Source: Deltaproteobacteria bacterium
GTDB lineage: Bacteria > Desulfobacterota > Dissulfuribacteria > Dissulfuribacterales > QOAL01
NCBI GenBank assembly: GCA_026995935.1
Contig: JALWNK010000017.1
Coordinates: forward strand, 865 to 64,864
Reading direction: 5' to 3'
Length of the DNA stretch: 64,000 nt
Below are positions 54,136 through 62,855 of the stretch, in pieces. The stretch's first letter is position 1. The number at the start of each line of letters is the position of its first letter. Below the pieces are notes generated by a model, which saw only the letters and a list, made by a program, of their open reading frames with translations, ran no database searches and was not told the origin of the DNA. Made by a program: the position numbers and the translations under genes.

Positions 54136-55059
54136 TCAGGAAGAGATGAGCCTTTCCTTGAACTCCTTTAGCTTTTTAAGGAGCTCTTCGAACATCTTGG
54201 CCGCCTTGTTTTTACCCTTAATCTCTTTCTTTATAGAGTCTATCCTTTCCTGCAGATCCTTGTATACCTTAGGCTGGTCTTTCCCGTAACCAAGTATCTT
54301 GGCAAGCTCAAGCTGCCTTTTGGCCTCATTGAGATACTTTAGTGCCTGCTCCTTGTCGGTCTTTGCAACCTTTGAGGCCTCTGCAATAAGGTCAGATGCC
54401 CTGACCAGAGGAATGGGTATAACTATCTTTTTCACTACCATGGAGTTCAGGGCTATCTGAAGCACGCTCTTTGCCTCATCCACCTTGCCATCAATGATGT
54501 ATTTAGAGGCAAGCTTCATTGCATCTGGATAGGTGGCAAGGGGCAGATTTTCTATGACAATGTCTATCTCACTTTGCAGGGTATCCAGAAGAATCCTTGC
54601 CCCCTGGACATCACCATGGTTGAGTTTTGTTTTGACCTCGGTAATCTTCTCTGCAATCTGCTTGGGAGTAAGATCTGTATCTACAACAACAGTGTAGCTG
54701 TTTATTGGAATAAGAGAGACATTTTTATTGGCTGCGAGAATTACTTCCAATTCACCTATGACCTTCTTTAGGAGGTCAAGGGCCTCCTTGGATTTCTTCT
54801 GGTTTAAAAGGTCGAGAACCTTATAGGTATCAGCAATGGCCTTTATGGCCTTCTGATTCAACTCCTTTTTAATATCAGCAGCCTTTTTCTTCTCCTTTTC
54901 CACGGCACCCTTTGAGACCTGGGCAGATGTCTTGGGAGGCGCCTTTTTTTCAGCAGCCTTTTCCTGGCAGAAACCAGTACCTGATGGAACAGTCATAAAA
55001 AATAACGCCACAAGTATTGCTAAAAATCCTGTCTTCTTCGCACTCTTTTTCAAGACCAT
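54136..55059 (-). CDS. YfdX-family periplasmic protein
   Basis: 307 aa with a signal peptide and a Lys/Glu-rich linker. Then two helical repeats with YfdX-like features (AIADTYKVLDLLNQKKSKEALDLLKKVIGELEVI...; ASKYIIDGKVDEAKSVLQIALNSMV...LNEAKRQLELAKILGY). Assignment is from memory of the family pattern. Confidence 0.6.
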   Translation of the reverse strand: MVLKKSAKKTGFLAILVALFFMTVPSGTGFCQEKAAEKKAPPKTSAQVSKGAVEKEKKKAADIKKELNQKAIKAIADTYKVLDLLNQKKSKEALDLLKKVIGELEVILAANKNVSLIPINSYTVVVDTDLTPKQIAEKITEVKTKLNHGDVQGARILLDTLQSEIDIVIENLPLATYPDAMKLASKYIIDGKVDEAKSVLQIALNSMVVKKIVIPIPLVRASDLIAEASKVAKTDKEQALKYLNEAKRQLELAKILGYGKDQPKVYKDLQERIDSIKKEIKGKNKAAKMFEELLKKLKEFKERLISS

Positions 55060-55080
55060 TTCTTTCCTCCTTTTTTAAAT

Positions 55081-55704
55081 TTAGGCAGAGGCGCTCTGAA
55101 CGCCCGCCTGGCTGTCAAAATGTTTAGGCTCTTCCGCTTTCTTTTTGGCAGCTATGGCAACAATTACATGGCTCCAACCATTAAATATCAGATCAATGGA
55201 TATAAACAGCCCAAGGGTCCATATGGCTGAAAAGGGCCATGAAATTCCTATGAGAATGGCGATTGCCACTGAGGCTAGGCCACTTATGAGAAGTATTCCC
55301 CAGTCTGAAAGCTCTTTTCTGTGCTGAATAGCAACGACAATCCTGAAAACACCTACGGCAAAGATGGAGGCTGCCAAAATCAGGGTAAGGGCAAGAGACG
55401 CTGCCACCGGATTCCACAAGGAGATAAAGCCGCCAGCCACGTAAAGGGCACCCCCGATTATATGAGGAAGCCTGCTTTTCCATCCTTTTGTTGCCTTAAT
55501 GGCCTCTATCAGCTGAAGTATGCCTCCTGCAAGCATGAAAGAAGCAAAAAGAAAAATGGATGAAAGGGTTGCAAGAGGGGTCAGAACCAGACCAATTGTA
55601 CCTGTAACAATAAAGAAAAAACCCAACAGGAGATGGAATTTCCAGTTTTTTCCCACGTCTCCCCACTCAAATTTGTTAGTTAGATCATTTTCCGACTCTT
55701 TCAC
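55081..55704 (-). CDS. hdeD: HdeD-family (DUF308) membrane protein
   Basis: About 207 aa with six TM helices carrying the repeated DUF308 pattern (WKFHLLLGFFFIVTGTIGLV..., LAGGILQLIEAI, GIFRIVVAIQ, GIISLIFG-like). GTG 55704 follows AAGGAGGAG. Confidence 0.75.
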   Translation of the reverse strand: MKESENDLTNKFEWGDVGKNWKFHLLLGFFFIVTGTIGLVLTPLATLSSIFLFASFMLAGGILQLIEAIKATKGWKSRLPHIIGGALYVAGGFISLWNPVAASLALTLILAASIFAVGVFRIVVAIQHRKELSDWGILLISGLASVAIAILIGISWPFSAIWTLGLFISIDLIFNGWSHVIVAIAAKKKAEEPKHFDSQAGVQSASA

Positions 55705-55984
55705 AATAAACTCCTCCTTTAACTTTTTTGTAATAAATTTTATGAAAATCAAACAAAAATGTGATTGAGCTGTACCACTTTAACTTTGGTTCGCTTTTTA
55801 AAATGTCAAGAAAATTTTTTAAATTTTTCTAAATAGCGAAGAATTTCAACTGGTTACAGTGAACAAAAACTCACAGAGACAGGGCAGATCCGCATTTTCG
55901 AGATAGATGCGCTATGGACATTTCCCAAGGCGTGCTTAGTTTTGTGTACCATCTTGCTTAAAAAAATTAGGAGGCAAAAATAAA

Positions 55985-56671
55985 ATGAAGATACGCGAGT
56001 TGAGAGAAATCCAGGTAAACCGCACCCTGGTCTTTGAAACACTGGGAAGACCGGAAAGGGAACGGGAGTTTTCCCTTGCTTCCCTTAAAAGGTGGGGTTT
56101 TGACCTTGTATTTGGTAAAAAGGGGGGAAAGAATACCTACTTTGCAACGGGATCTTCAGAGAAAGATCGGGATAAATTCCCTGAAAACGAACAGATAGAG
56201 ATCAAGGAACTTTTTGAAACCCTTCCCAAAAACAAGAAGGTATTTGCCAGAATCGAGCTGTCACAGGGAACTGCCCACCTGGTAGTAGATCTCAGGGACA
56301 CCGGGGAAAACCTGGAAATCCTTAGGGTCCCGGCAGGCAGTATCCTGCTGGCCTTTTTAAAGAAACACAAGTGCTGGAATGTCATCGAGGCACTCAGGAG
56401 TCTTGGGTCTGCGGCAGAGCTCAGGAAACAGAGGGGCCAGGAAGGAAAGCCTGTATCCTATGAAAAGTTACCTGCCTTTTGCAAAAAATTCCTCAAGGAC
56501 GCCAAAAAGATAGAGAAGGATACGGGATTTGGCAGGATATCACTTGCCTTTTTTGGGAAAAACAAGGACGGAGACCCAAGGTTCCAACTCATGTGGCTTC
56601 TGCCCACCATATCCCTTTTTGACCTTGGCCTTGCAGAAAAGATAGACAAGGAACTGGAAATGTTTAACTGA
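55985..56671 (+). CDS. Hypothetical cytoplasmic protein, no recognisable family
   Basis: 228-aa ORF with a strong RBS (AGGAGG 9 nt upstream) and an AT-rich upstream region. Lys/Glu-rich, no TM segments, no motif recognised. Confidence 0.6.
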   Translation: MKIRELREIQVNRTLVFETLGRPEREREFSLASLKRWGFDLVFGKKGGKNTYFATGSSEKDRDKFPENEQIEIKELFETLPKNKKVFARIELSQGTAHLVVDLRDTGENLEILRVPAGSILLAFLKKHKCWNVIEALRSLGSAAELRKQRGQEGKPVSYEKLPAFCKKFLKDAKKIEKDTGFGRISLAFFGKNKDGDPRFQLMWLLPTISLFDLGLAEKIDKELEMFN

Positions 56672-56699
56672 TGGGCCTTAAACAGGAAAGGAAGAGGAA

Positions 56700-56909
56700 C
56701 TAACAGCCTTTATTCCTTAGAAGATCCTCGATCATCTTGTTGTGGACATCCACAATGGACATGCCTGTCTCATAAACCGTCATCCACACGCAGCGCCTGA
56801 ATGCACGGTAAAGATCAGATCGGACGTGGATCTTCAAAAGGGCAAGGTCCTCTTCCTCCTGTCCGGAACCCTTGGACATCTTTTCTCTGTCATCCATTTG
56901 GCTTGCCAT
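56700..56909 (-). CDS. Small ribbon-helix-helix-like (CopG/Arc-type) protein, putative
   Basis: 69 aa. An acidic N-terminal tail, then LLKIHVRSDLYRAFRRCVWMTVYETGMSIVDVHNKMIEDLL, which fits a beta-strand/helix/helix RHH layout. Divergent from waaF. Confidence 0.45.
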   Translation of the reverse strand: MASQMDDREKMSKGSGQEEEDLALLKIHVRSDLYRAFRRCVWMTVYETGMSIVDVHNKMIEDLLRNKGC

Positions 56910-56971
56910 ATGGGGCTTTTTTTAATAAAAAACAGGACAATCCCGCAAGACTTGCAAGGCAGGAATTTTCG

Positions 56972-58012
56972 TTGAATCCGGACAAGATAATAATAAGGGG
57001 CACCAACTGGATAGGAGATGCGGTCATGACACTGCCTGCCCTTGCTGCCATCAGAAAACTCTTCCCTGATACCCAAATAGACGTGCTTGCAAGAACCTGG
57101 AGCTCCCCTGTTTACAAATACTGTGAACACACAGATAACGTCATGGAATTTGAAGGCCCCAAGAGACTTCCTGGAATAGGCGTTCTTTCCAAGGTAGCCA
57201 GAAAGATAAAGAATACAGGTTATAAACTTGGTATAGTCCTTCCAAATTCCTTTGAATCGGCCCTTATATTCCGAATAGCCGGAATCCCCCAAATATATGG
57301 CTATAATACGGACTTTCGCTCTGTAATTCTTTCAAGGGCCGTTGATGTACCTGGGGATAAGGGGACAAAACATGAGGTCTTCTACTACCTGAACCTGATT
57401 GAAAAGGTCTTTGGTAAAAGGTGGGAAGAAGGCAGCCTGGCGCCGGAGCCCGTCCTCCACGTTCCGGAGGATGAACAAAACAGGGCCAGAGGGCTCCTTA
57501 AGAAAAATGGTTGGAACGGAAAGACAAGGCTTTTGGGCCTAAATCCCGGGGCCGCCTTTGGCCCTGCCAAATGCTGGCCGGCGGAAAAGTATCGGGAGCT
57601 TGCAGGGGCCCTTACCCAGACTTTTCCAGACTCAACCATCGTTGTCTTCGGAACCGAAAGGGAACGGGAGGCTGGAGAGGAAATATGCGCCCCACTTGGC
57701 AAAAGGGCCATAAATCTTTGCGGAAGAACCGCTCTTGATGAGGCCATCTGCACCATCTCCATCCTGGACCTCATGGTCTCAAACGATTCCGGACTCATGC
57801 ACGTTGCAGCGGCCTGTCAGGTTCCCCTTGTTGCACTTTTTGGCTCCACAAATCCCGTAACAACAGGCCCTTTCAGCAGGCAGGCCAGGGTAATAAGGCA
57901 TGAGCTGCCCTGTTCCCCCTGTCTTAGCAGGGAATGCCCCAGGGACTTTATCTGCATGCTCGGAATTACCGTCTCGGAAGTCCTTGATGTGTGCCAAGAA
58001 ATGGTGAAATGA
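56972..58012 (+). CDS. waaF: ADP-heptose:LPS heptosyltransferase II (GT9)
   Basis: KIIIRGTNWIGDAVMTLPALAAIRKLFP, LNPGAAFGPAKCWP and VSNDSGLMHVAAA are GT9/WaaF motifs. A TTG start at 56972 (AGGA 7 nt upstream) is preferred over the track start 56801, whose extra 57 codons overlap the RHH-like gene. Confidence 0.85.
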   Translation: MNPDKIIIRGTNWIGDAVMTLPALAAIRKLFPDTQIDVLARTWSSPVYKYCEHTDNVMEFEGPKRLPGIGVLSKVARKIKNTGYKLGIVLPNSFESALIFRIAGIPQIYGYNTDFRSVILSRAVDVPGDKGTKHEVFYYLNLIEKVFGKRWEEGSLAPEPVLHVPEDEQNRARGLLKKNGWNGKTRLLGLNPGAAFGPAKCWPAEKYRELAGALTQTFPDSTIVVFGTEREREAGEEICAPLGKRAINLCGRTALDEAICTISILDLMVSNDSGLMHVAAACQVPLVALFGSTNPVTTGPFSRQARVIRHELPCSPCLSRECPRDFICMLGITVSEVLDVCQEMVK

Positions 58013-58614
58013 GCGAAAAGGGCCGAAGCAGGGCCGTATTCCTTGACAGGGACGGCACCATAATCCGGGAAGTCTCATATCTCAACAGGCTTTCAGATAT
58101 AAGGCTCCTTCCAAATGTTTCAAAGGCCATATCCATGCTCAACCTGGCGGGCTTCAAGGTGGTTGTAGTCTCCAACCAGTCTGGCGTGGCAAGGGGCCTT
58201 TTTGACACTTCCTTTGTCAAAAAGTGCCATGATGTTATAGAAAAGAGGCTTAAACGGGCAGGGGCAAGTGTGGATGCATGGTATTTCTGCCCCCACCACC
58301 CAACTGAAGGCAGCCCCCCATTTCGAAAAAAATGTTCATGCAGGAAACCTGAAGCAGGGCTATTAAAAAGGGCATGCAGCGAACTTGGCATTGAACCGTC
58401 CCTGTCATTCATGGTGGGAGACAGCCTTCGGGACCTTGAGGCGGGATGGAATGGAGGAACAAGGTCCATACTGGTTCTCACAGGCTATGGGGAAAAGACC
58501 TTAAAGGAGATGGATTTTCTCCAAAGAAAACAGGTCTCTTTTGTTGCAAAAAACCTTTTTGATGCCTCAAAATGGATAATAGATCAAGGCTTAAATTCCC
58601 TTCAAGAATCCTGA
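58009..58614 (+). CDS. gmhB: D-glycero-beta-D-manno-heptose-1,7-bisphosphate 7-phosphatase (HAD-IIIA)
   Basis: AVFLDRDGTII, VVVSNQSGVARG, the CPHHP...C.CRKP zinc motif and MVGDSLRDLEAG. The ATG overlaps the waaF stop (ATGA). Confidence 0.9.
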   Translation: MSEKGRSRAVFLDRDGTIIREVSYLNRLSDIRLLPNVSKAISMLNLAGFKVVVVSNQSGVARGLFDTSFVKKCHDVIEKRLKRAGASVDAWYFCPHHPTEGSPPFRKKCSCRKPEAGLLKRACSELGIEPSLSFMVGDSLRDLEAGWNGGTRSILVLTGYGEKTLKEMDFLQRKQVSFVAKNLFDASKWIIDQGLNSLQES

Positions 58615-59636
58615 TCATAAAGCTCAGTGCCCTGGGGGATATTGTCCAGACGCTTCCTGTGCTTGACGCACTGAAAAAGACGTGGCCCCAGGCCTCTGTT
58701 GACTGGATTACAGGAGAGGTAGGGGCAGGCCTTCTTGAAGGCCACCCCCTTTTAGACCGGGTAATAGTCTATCCAAGAAAGAGGCTTGGAAGGCTTGCTA
58801 AAAACCCCCTTTCCTGGCCACATCTTACAAAGGAGATCCTTGGACTAAAAAAAGAACTTCGCCTTTCAAGGTATGACGCAGCCCTTGATCTGCAGGGCCT
58901 TTTTAAAAGCGGGATAATAACCATTCTTTCCGGGGCAAAAATCAAGGCAGGTTTTGACAAGGGACGAGAGTTCAGCCACATGTTTTTAAATAAAAGGCTT
59001 CCACCCTATGATCCTGACAAACACGCGGTGCTTCGTTACCTTGATCTTGCCCGTACCTTGGGGGCACACACCAAGGACATCCGCTTTCCCTTAGGCATTT
59101 CAGACACCCACAGGCAGATGGCCAGGGATATCCTTGGCAGCCTTGGCATTGAGGCTGGGCGGTTCGTCATCCTTATTCCTGGAACCATCTGGCCCACAAA
59201 AAGATGGGTGAATTCGTACTTTGCCGAGCTTGCCGTCATGATAAATAAATGTCTTGGCCTTAAAAGCGTAGTTGTTGGAGGAAGCCAGGACAGGGCCATG
59301 GGAAGAGAAATAGAAAATTTCTCAAAGAAGTCTGCAAGAGACCTGACAGGCAAAACCGATCTTAAAACCCTTGCTGCCATCTTTCAGCTTGCCAAAACTG
59401 CCGTATCCACAGATACAGGCCCCATGCATCTTGCCGCAGCAACGGATCTCAAAATTGTTGCCCTTTTTGGCCCCACTGCCCCCTGGCGGACAGGCCCCTT
59501 TGGGCACGGTCACAAGGTCTTAAGGAGGGAGCTTGGGTGCAGTCCATGTTTCAAAAGAAGGTGTCAGGAAAACCTTTGCATGAAGGAAATAGAGCCAAAG
59601 GAGGTCTTTCAGGCTGTCAAAGAGCTTTGCAAATAA
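58572..59636 (+). CDS. waaC: LPS heptosyltransferase I-like glycosyltransferase family 9
   Basis: ILIIKLSALGDIVQTLPVLDALKKTWP..VDWI, PGTIWPTKRW and VSTDTGPMHLAAA. The I-versus-other heptosyltransferase assignment is tentative. Confidence 0.75.
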   Translation: MDNRSRLKFPSRILIIKLSALGDIVQTLPVLDALKKTWPQASVDWITGEVGAGLLEGHPLLDRVIVYPRKRLGRLAKNPLSWPHLTKEILGLKKELRLSRYDAALDLQGLFKSGIITILSGAKIKAGFDKGREFSHMFLNKRLPPYDPDKHAVLRYLDLARTLGAHTKDIRFPLGISDTHRQMARDILGSLGIEAGRFVILIPGTIWPTKRWVNSYFAELAVMINKCLGLKSVVVGGSQDRAMGREIENFSKKSARDLTGKTDLKTLAAIFQLAKTAVSTDTGPMHLAAATDLKIVALFGPTAPWRTGPFGHGHKVLRRELGCSPCFKRRCQENLCMKEIEPKEVFQAVKELCK

Positions 59637-59704
59637 CGCATATTAAAATAGGATTAGGGGCTTAAGGCCTATAGGCCACAAAAAATGGCAGAAAAAGGGG
59701 AAAA

Positions 59705-59905
59705 ATGGCAGAAACCATTAGCAAGGAACTTCTAGAAGTAATTGCATGCCCAAAGTGTAAGGGTGAAGTGAAGCTTAGCCTTGATGGGGACGCCCTCATC
59801 TGCAAAAGATGCCGCCTTGTATATGAAATCAGGGAAGGAATACCCATCATGCTCATAGATGAGGCCATTAGCCTTGAAAGATACCAGAAGACAGATGGAT
59901 CCTGA
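59705..59905 (+). CDS. Trm112/YcaR (UPF0434) family zinc-ribbon protein
   Basis: 66 aa. LLEVIACPKCKGEVKL...LICKRCRLVYEIREGIPIMLIDEA is the family signature. Confidence 0.9.
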   Translation: MAETISKELLEVIACPKCKGEVKLSLDGDALICKRCRLVYEIREGIPIMLIDEAISLERYQKTDGS

Positions 59906-60908
59906 CAGGCTAAAGAAACGGCTTCTTGAGGCGGTTTCGTCCTTTCCCGGGAAAAAGGTACTGGTGGTTGGGGACGTTATGCTTGACCAGTTCGTATGGG
60001 GCGAGGTGAGCAGGATATCACCAGAGGCCCCTGTTCCCGTGGTGCAGGTGGAAAAGGAGTCCTTTCTCCTTGGAGGAGCGGCAAATGTTGCCAACAACCT
60101 TAGAAGTCTTGAGGCAAGCCCTGCCCTTTCAGGCGTAATAGGAAGGGATGCCTTTGGGGAGAAGATCATTCGGCTTTGCGACAAAAAGGGGATAAGGACC
60201 AGTGCCATGGTCACGGACCCGGAAAGGCCTACAACCCTTAAGACCAGGATCGTTGCCCGTGGCCAGCAGGTGGTAAGGGTGGACAGGGAAGAGGCTGGTA
60301 CCCTTTCGGACAAGGTGGTCTCTACGCTCAAGGAGCAACTTGAAGATAACCTTGGTGACAGTCACGCCGTTGTAATCTCTGACTACCACAAGGGAGTTGT
60401 GTGCAGGAAAATCATGGAATTTCTGGTGGATCATTCAGGCCGAAACACCATCCCCTGCCTTGTGGATCCCAAACCCGTTAACGCCAAACTGTACAAGGGG
60501 GCCACAGTGATAACCCCAAACGAGAAGGAGGCCGAGGCCATATCCTCCCTTCCCATAAAGGGTGACAAGGGCCTTGAAAAGACTGCAAGGGACATTGCCC
60601 AGAAACTGTCTCTTCAGATCGTGCTCATAACAAGGGGTCCTGAGGGCATGGCCCTTTGGCAGAAGGACAAGGGACTTTTCACCATTCCCACCATGGCACG
60701 GGAGGTCTTTGACGTGACAGGGGCAGGGGATACCGTCATATCCCTCATGGCCCTTGGCCTTACAACTGGCCTCTCCCCGTGTGAGGCTGCCTTTCTTGCA
60801 AACCTTGCCGCAGGAATTGTAGTTGGAAAGGTGGGGACGGCAACTGTCACCAGGGGCGAACTGGAGACGGCCATAAAAAGGGCACCTGTGGAATCCTTTG
60901 TCTATTGA
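59895..60908 (+). CDS. hldA: D-glycero-beta-D-manno-heptose-7-phosphate kinase (RfaE/HldE domain I only, PfkB family)
   Basis: KVLVVGDVMLDQFVWGEVSRISPEAPVPVV, GGAANVANN, KPN, and DVTGAGDTVI..LA. No C-terminal cytidylyltransferase-like domain II. The ATG overlaps the end of trm112. Confidence 0.88.
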   Translation: MDPDRLKKRLLEAVSSFPGKKVLVVGDVMLDQFVWGEVSRISPEAPVPVVQVEKESFLLGGAANVANNLRSLEASPALSGVIGRDAFGEKIIRLCDKKGIRTSAMVTDPERPTTLKTRIVARGQQVVRVDREEAGTLSDKVVSTLKEQLEDNLGDSHAVVISDYHKGVVCRKIMEFLVDHSGRNTIPCLVDPKPVNAKLYKGATVITPNEKEAEAISSLPIKGDKGLEKTARDIAQKLSLQIVLITRGPEGMALWQKDKGLFTIPTMAREVFDVTGAGDTVISLMALGLTTGLSPCEAAFLANLAAGIVVGKVGTATVTRGELETAIKRAPVESFVY

Positions 60909-60915
60909 GCGTCCC

Positions 60916-61455
60916 ATGGCAAAAAAGGACCTAAAAATCCCTCCTAAGGCGCTCCTTGTTGCTGGGATTATCTATTCTCCCAAGGTGAGCCTTGAGGCCA
61001 TAACCAGCAATCTGAAACATCTCTTTGGAGACATCATCCTGCAGGCAGGGCCTGTGCCCTTTACGTGGACTGACTACTACGAAAAGGAGATGGGACCAGG
61101 GCTTAAACGCTGCTTTATGGCCTTTGACAGCCTCGTTGCCCAGGACGTGCTTCCCCATATCAAACTAAAGGCCATGGACCTTGAAGAAAAATGGACAGAG
61201 CAAGGGGCCCGAAAGGTCAACATAGACCCTGGAATTCTCACAGCAGAACGGCTGGTCCTTGCCACAACCAAAAACTTTACCCACCGCATATACCTGGGAA
61301 AAGGCATATTTGGTGACCTGACCCTGGTTTACCAAAGGGGCTCCTTTTCCTTCCTTGACTGGACTTATCCGGATTACAAATCCGAGATTGCCCTTTCATT
61401 TCTAAGCCAGGCCAGAAGGATGTATCTAAAAAAGATAAAACAACAGAGAGGATGA
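60916..61455 (+). CDS. DUF4416-family protein
   Basis: About 179 aa. KALLVAGIIYS...FTWTDYYEKEMG..L.R.F..F..L......L...K......E...........R.VNIDPG.L....LVLATTKNFTHRIYL..GI matches my memory of DUF4416. Start uncertain (ATG 60916 or TTG 60898). Confidence 0.7.
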   Translation: MAKKDLKIPPKALLVAGIIYSPKVSLEAITSNLKHLFGDIILQAGPVPFTWTDYYEKEMGPGLKRCFMAFDSLVAQDVLPHIKLKAMDLEEKWTEQGARKVNIDPGILTAERLVLATTKNFTHRIYLGKGIFGDLTLVYQRGSFSFLDWTYPDYKSEIALSFLSQARRMYLKKIKQQRG

Positions 61456-61460
61456 TCGCC

Positions 61461-62342
61461 ATGCTCAGGAGCATGACCACCTTTTCCAGAAAAGAGGCCG
61501 AAGGGCCTGATTGGAACCTTGCCCTTGAACTTAAGTCTGTTAACTCCAGATACTTTGACCTTCATCTGAGGAGCCCTAGGGAATTTTCCCCCATTGAAGA
61601 CCGCATAAGGAGATTTCTCAAGGAACGATTCGTAAGGGGCAGGATGGACCTTTTCATCCAGTATGAGTCCTTTGAGGAAACCCCCGCCTCCTTTCAGCCT
61701 AAGATTGGTCTAGCAAAGGGTTACTTGGAAGCGGTTGAAAAACTCGGTGAGGCAGTTCAAATACCAGCCCATCTCAAGATGGGAGAGCTTCTCATGCTGC
61801 TTAAGGATGCCGTTTCTGCCAGGGAGGAAAGGATGGATGCAGAAACCCTCTGGAAAAGGATTGAGAGGCCCCTTGAGGAGCTGGTTGAATCTGCCCTTGA
61901 GATGGCCCTAAAGGAGGGGAAGGCCACGGAAGATGATATCCGCAGGAGGCTTAAGCGAATAGAAGAGCTTGCAGCCCGTATAGAGGCCAGGGCCAGGGAC
62001 AGCCTCAGGGAACAACAGCAGAAGATGCGGGAGAGGATAATTTCGAGGCTCGACGACCTTCCCTTTGATGAGCAAAGACTCATCCAGGAGGCTGCCATCC
62101 TTGCGGACAGGCTGGATATTAACGAAGAGCTTGTCCGTCTTGAAAGCCACATCAGCCAGTTCTACAAGTACCTTGAAACGGAAGACCTCATTGGAAGAAA
62201 GCTTGATTTTCTTCTCCAGGAGATCTTCAGGGAGGTAAACACCATTACCTCCAAATCGGCCGACTCCACCATTTCACATCTCGTTGTGGAAATAAAATCA
62301 GAGGTTGAAAAGATAAGAGAGCAGCTACAAAATATTGTATAG
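61461..62342 (+). CDS. yicC: YicC/YloC-family stress-induced protein (endoribonuclease)
   Basis: MLRSMTTFSR......LELKSVNSRYFDL, and C-terminus RLDINEELVRLESHISQF......GRKLDFLLQEIFREVNTITSKS. ATG 61461 follows GAGAGGA. Confidence 0.92.
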   Translation: MLRSMTTFSRKEAEGPDWNLALELKSVNSRYFDLHLRSPREFSPIEDRIRRFLKERFVRGRMDLFIQYESFEETPASFQPKIGLAKGYLEAVEKLGEAVQIPAHLKMGELLMLLKDAVSAREERMDAETLWKRIERPLEELVESALEMALKEGKATEDDIRRRLKRIEELAARIEARARDSLREQQQKMRERIISRLDDLPFDEQRLIQEAAILADRLDINEELVRLESHISQFYKYLETEDLIGRKLDFLLQEIFREVNTITSKSADSTISHLVVEIKSEVEKIREQLQNIV

Positions 62343-62440
62343 AAAAAAAAACAGATTAATATAACTTCTTATTATAGTTTGTGTTCAACTTGTCAGCTAA
62401 TGCATGTTATCACAATGTGGTCCTGAAAAATGACCATGAC

Positions 62441-62475
62441 CTTTGCGCACCACTCAACAGGCAAAGTTTTTTTTT
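62441..62475 (+). terminator. Probable Rho-independent terminator downstream of yicC
   Basis: CTTTGC-N14-GCAAAG followed by T9. The stem is short (6 bp), so confidence is moderate. Confidence 0.5.
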
Positions 62476-62555
62476 ACAGCCTTTAACTCAAATATTTTTT
62501 GGCGCATTCGTAATGGTCTTTTTCATTGCATGAAAATCAAGGTAGGTGAAGAATT

Positions 62556-62831
62556 ATGAGTTGCAAATGTAAGCTTTTGAATATCGGTTTTGGCAATACG
62601 GTAGTGGCAGAAAGGGTTGTAGCGATAGTTAATCCATCATCAGCGCCCATGAAACGCCTTAGGGAAGAGGCAAAGCAGAACAGCAAACTCATTGACGCCA
62701 CCCAGGGCAGACGTACAAGGTCCATCGTAATAACAGATTCCAACCATGTTATTCTTTCGGCTATTCAGGCAGAAACCATCTCCCAGAGGCTGAGTTCAGA
62801 CCTGCTCAGCAAAAGTGACGACTCGGATTAG
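62556..62831 (+). CDS. remA: RemA/YlzA (DUF370) family regulator
   Basis: 91 aa. [29 protein letters not shown]...[33 protein letters not shown] is the DUF370 signature. Confidence 0.92.
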   Translation: MSCKCKLLNIGFGNTVVAERVVAIVNPSSAPMKRLREEAKQNSKLIDATQGRRTRSIVITDSNHVILSAIQAETISQRLSSDLLSKSDDSD

Positions 62832-62855
62832 GCCTCCAGTAACCGGGAACCCTTA

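Noticed and set aside
56801-56971. 57-codon N-terminal extension of waaF in the track ORF
   Set aside because: The extension (MHGKDQIGRGSSKGQGPLPP...) has no GT9 similarity and overlaps the RHH-like gene on the other strand. TTG 56972 with an upstream AGGA gives the normal GT9 N-terminus.
59732-60331. 199-aa minus-strand ORF overlapping trm112 and the heptose kinase
   Set aside because: Antisense to two genes with clear family motifs. Ser/Thr/Leu-rich shadow frame.
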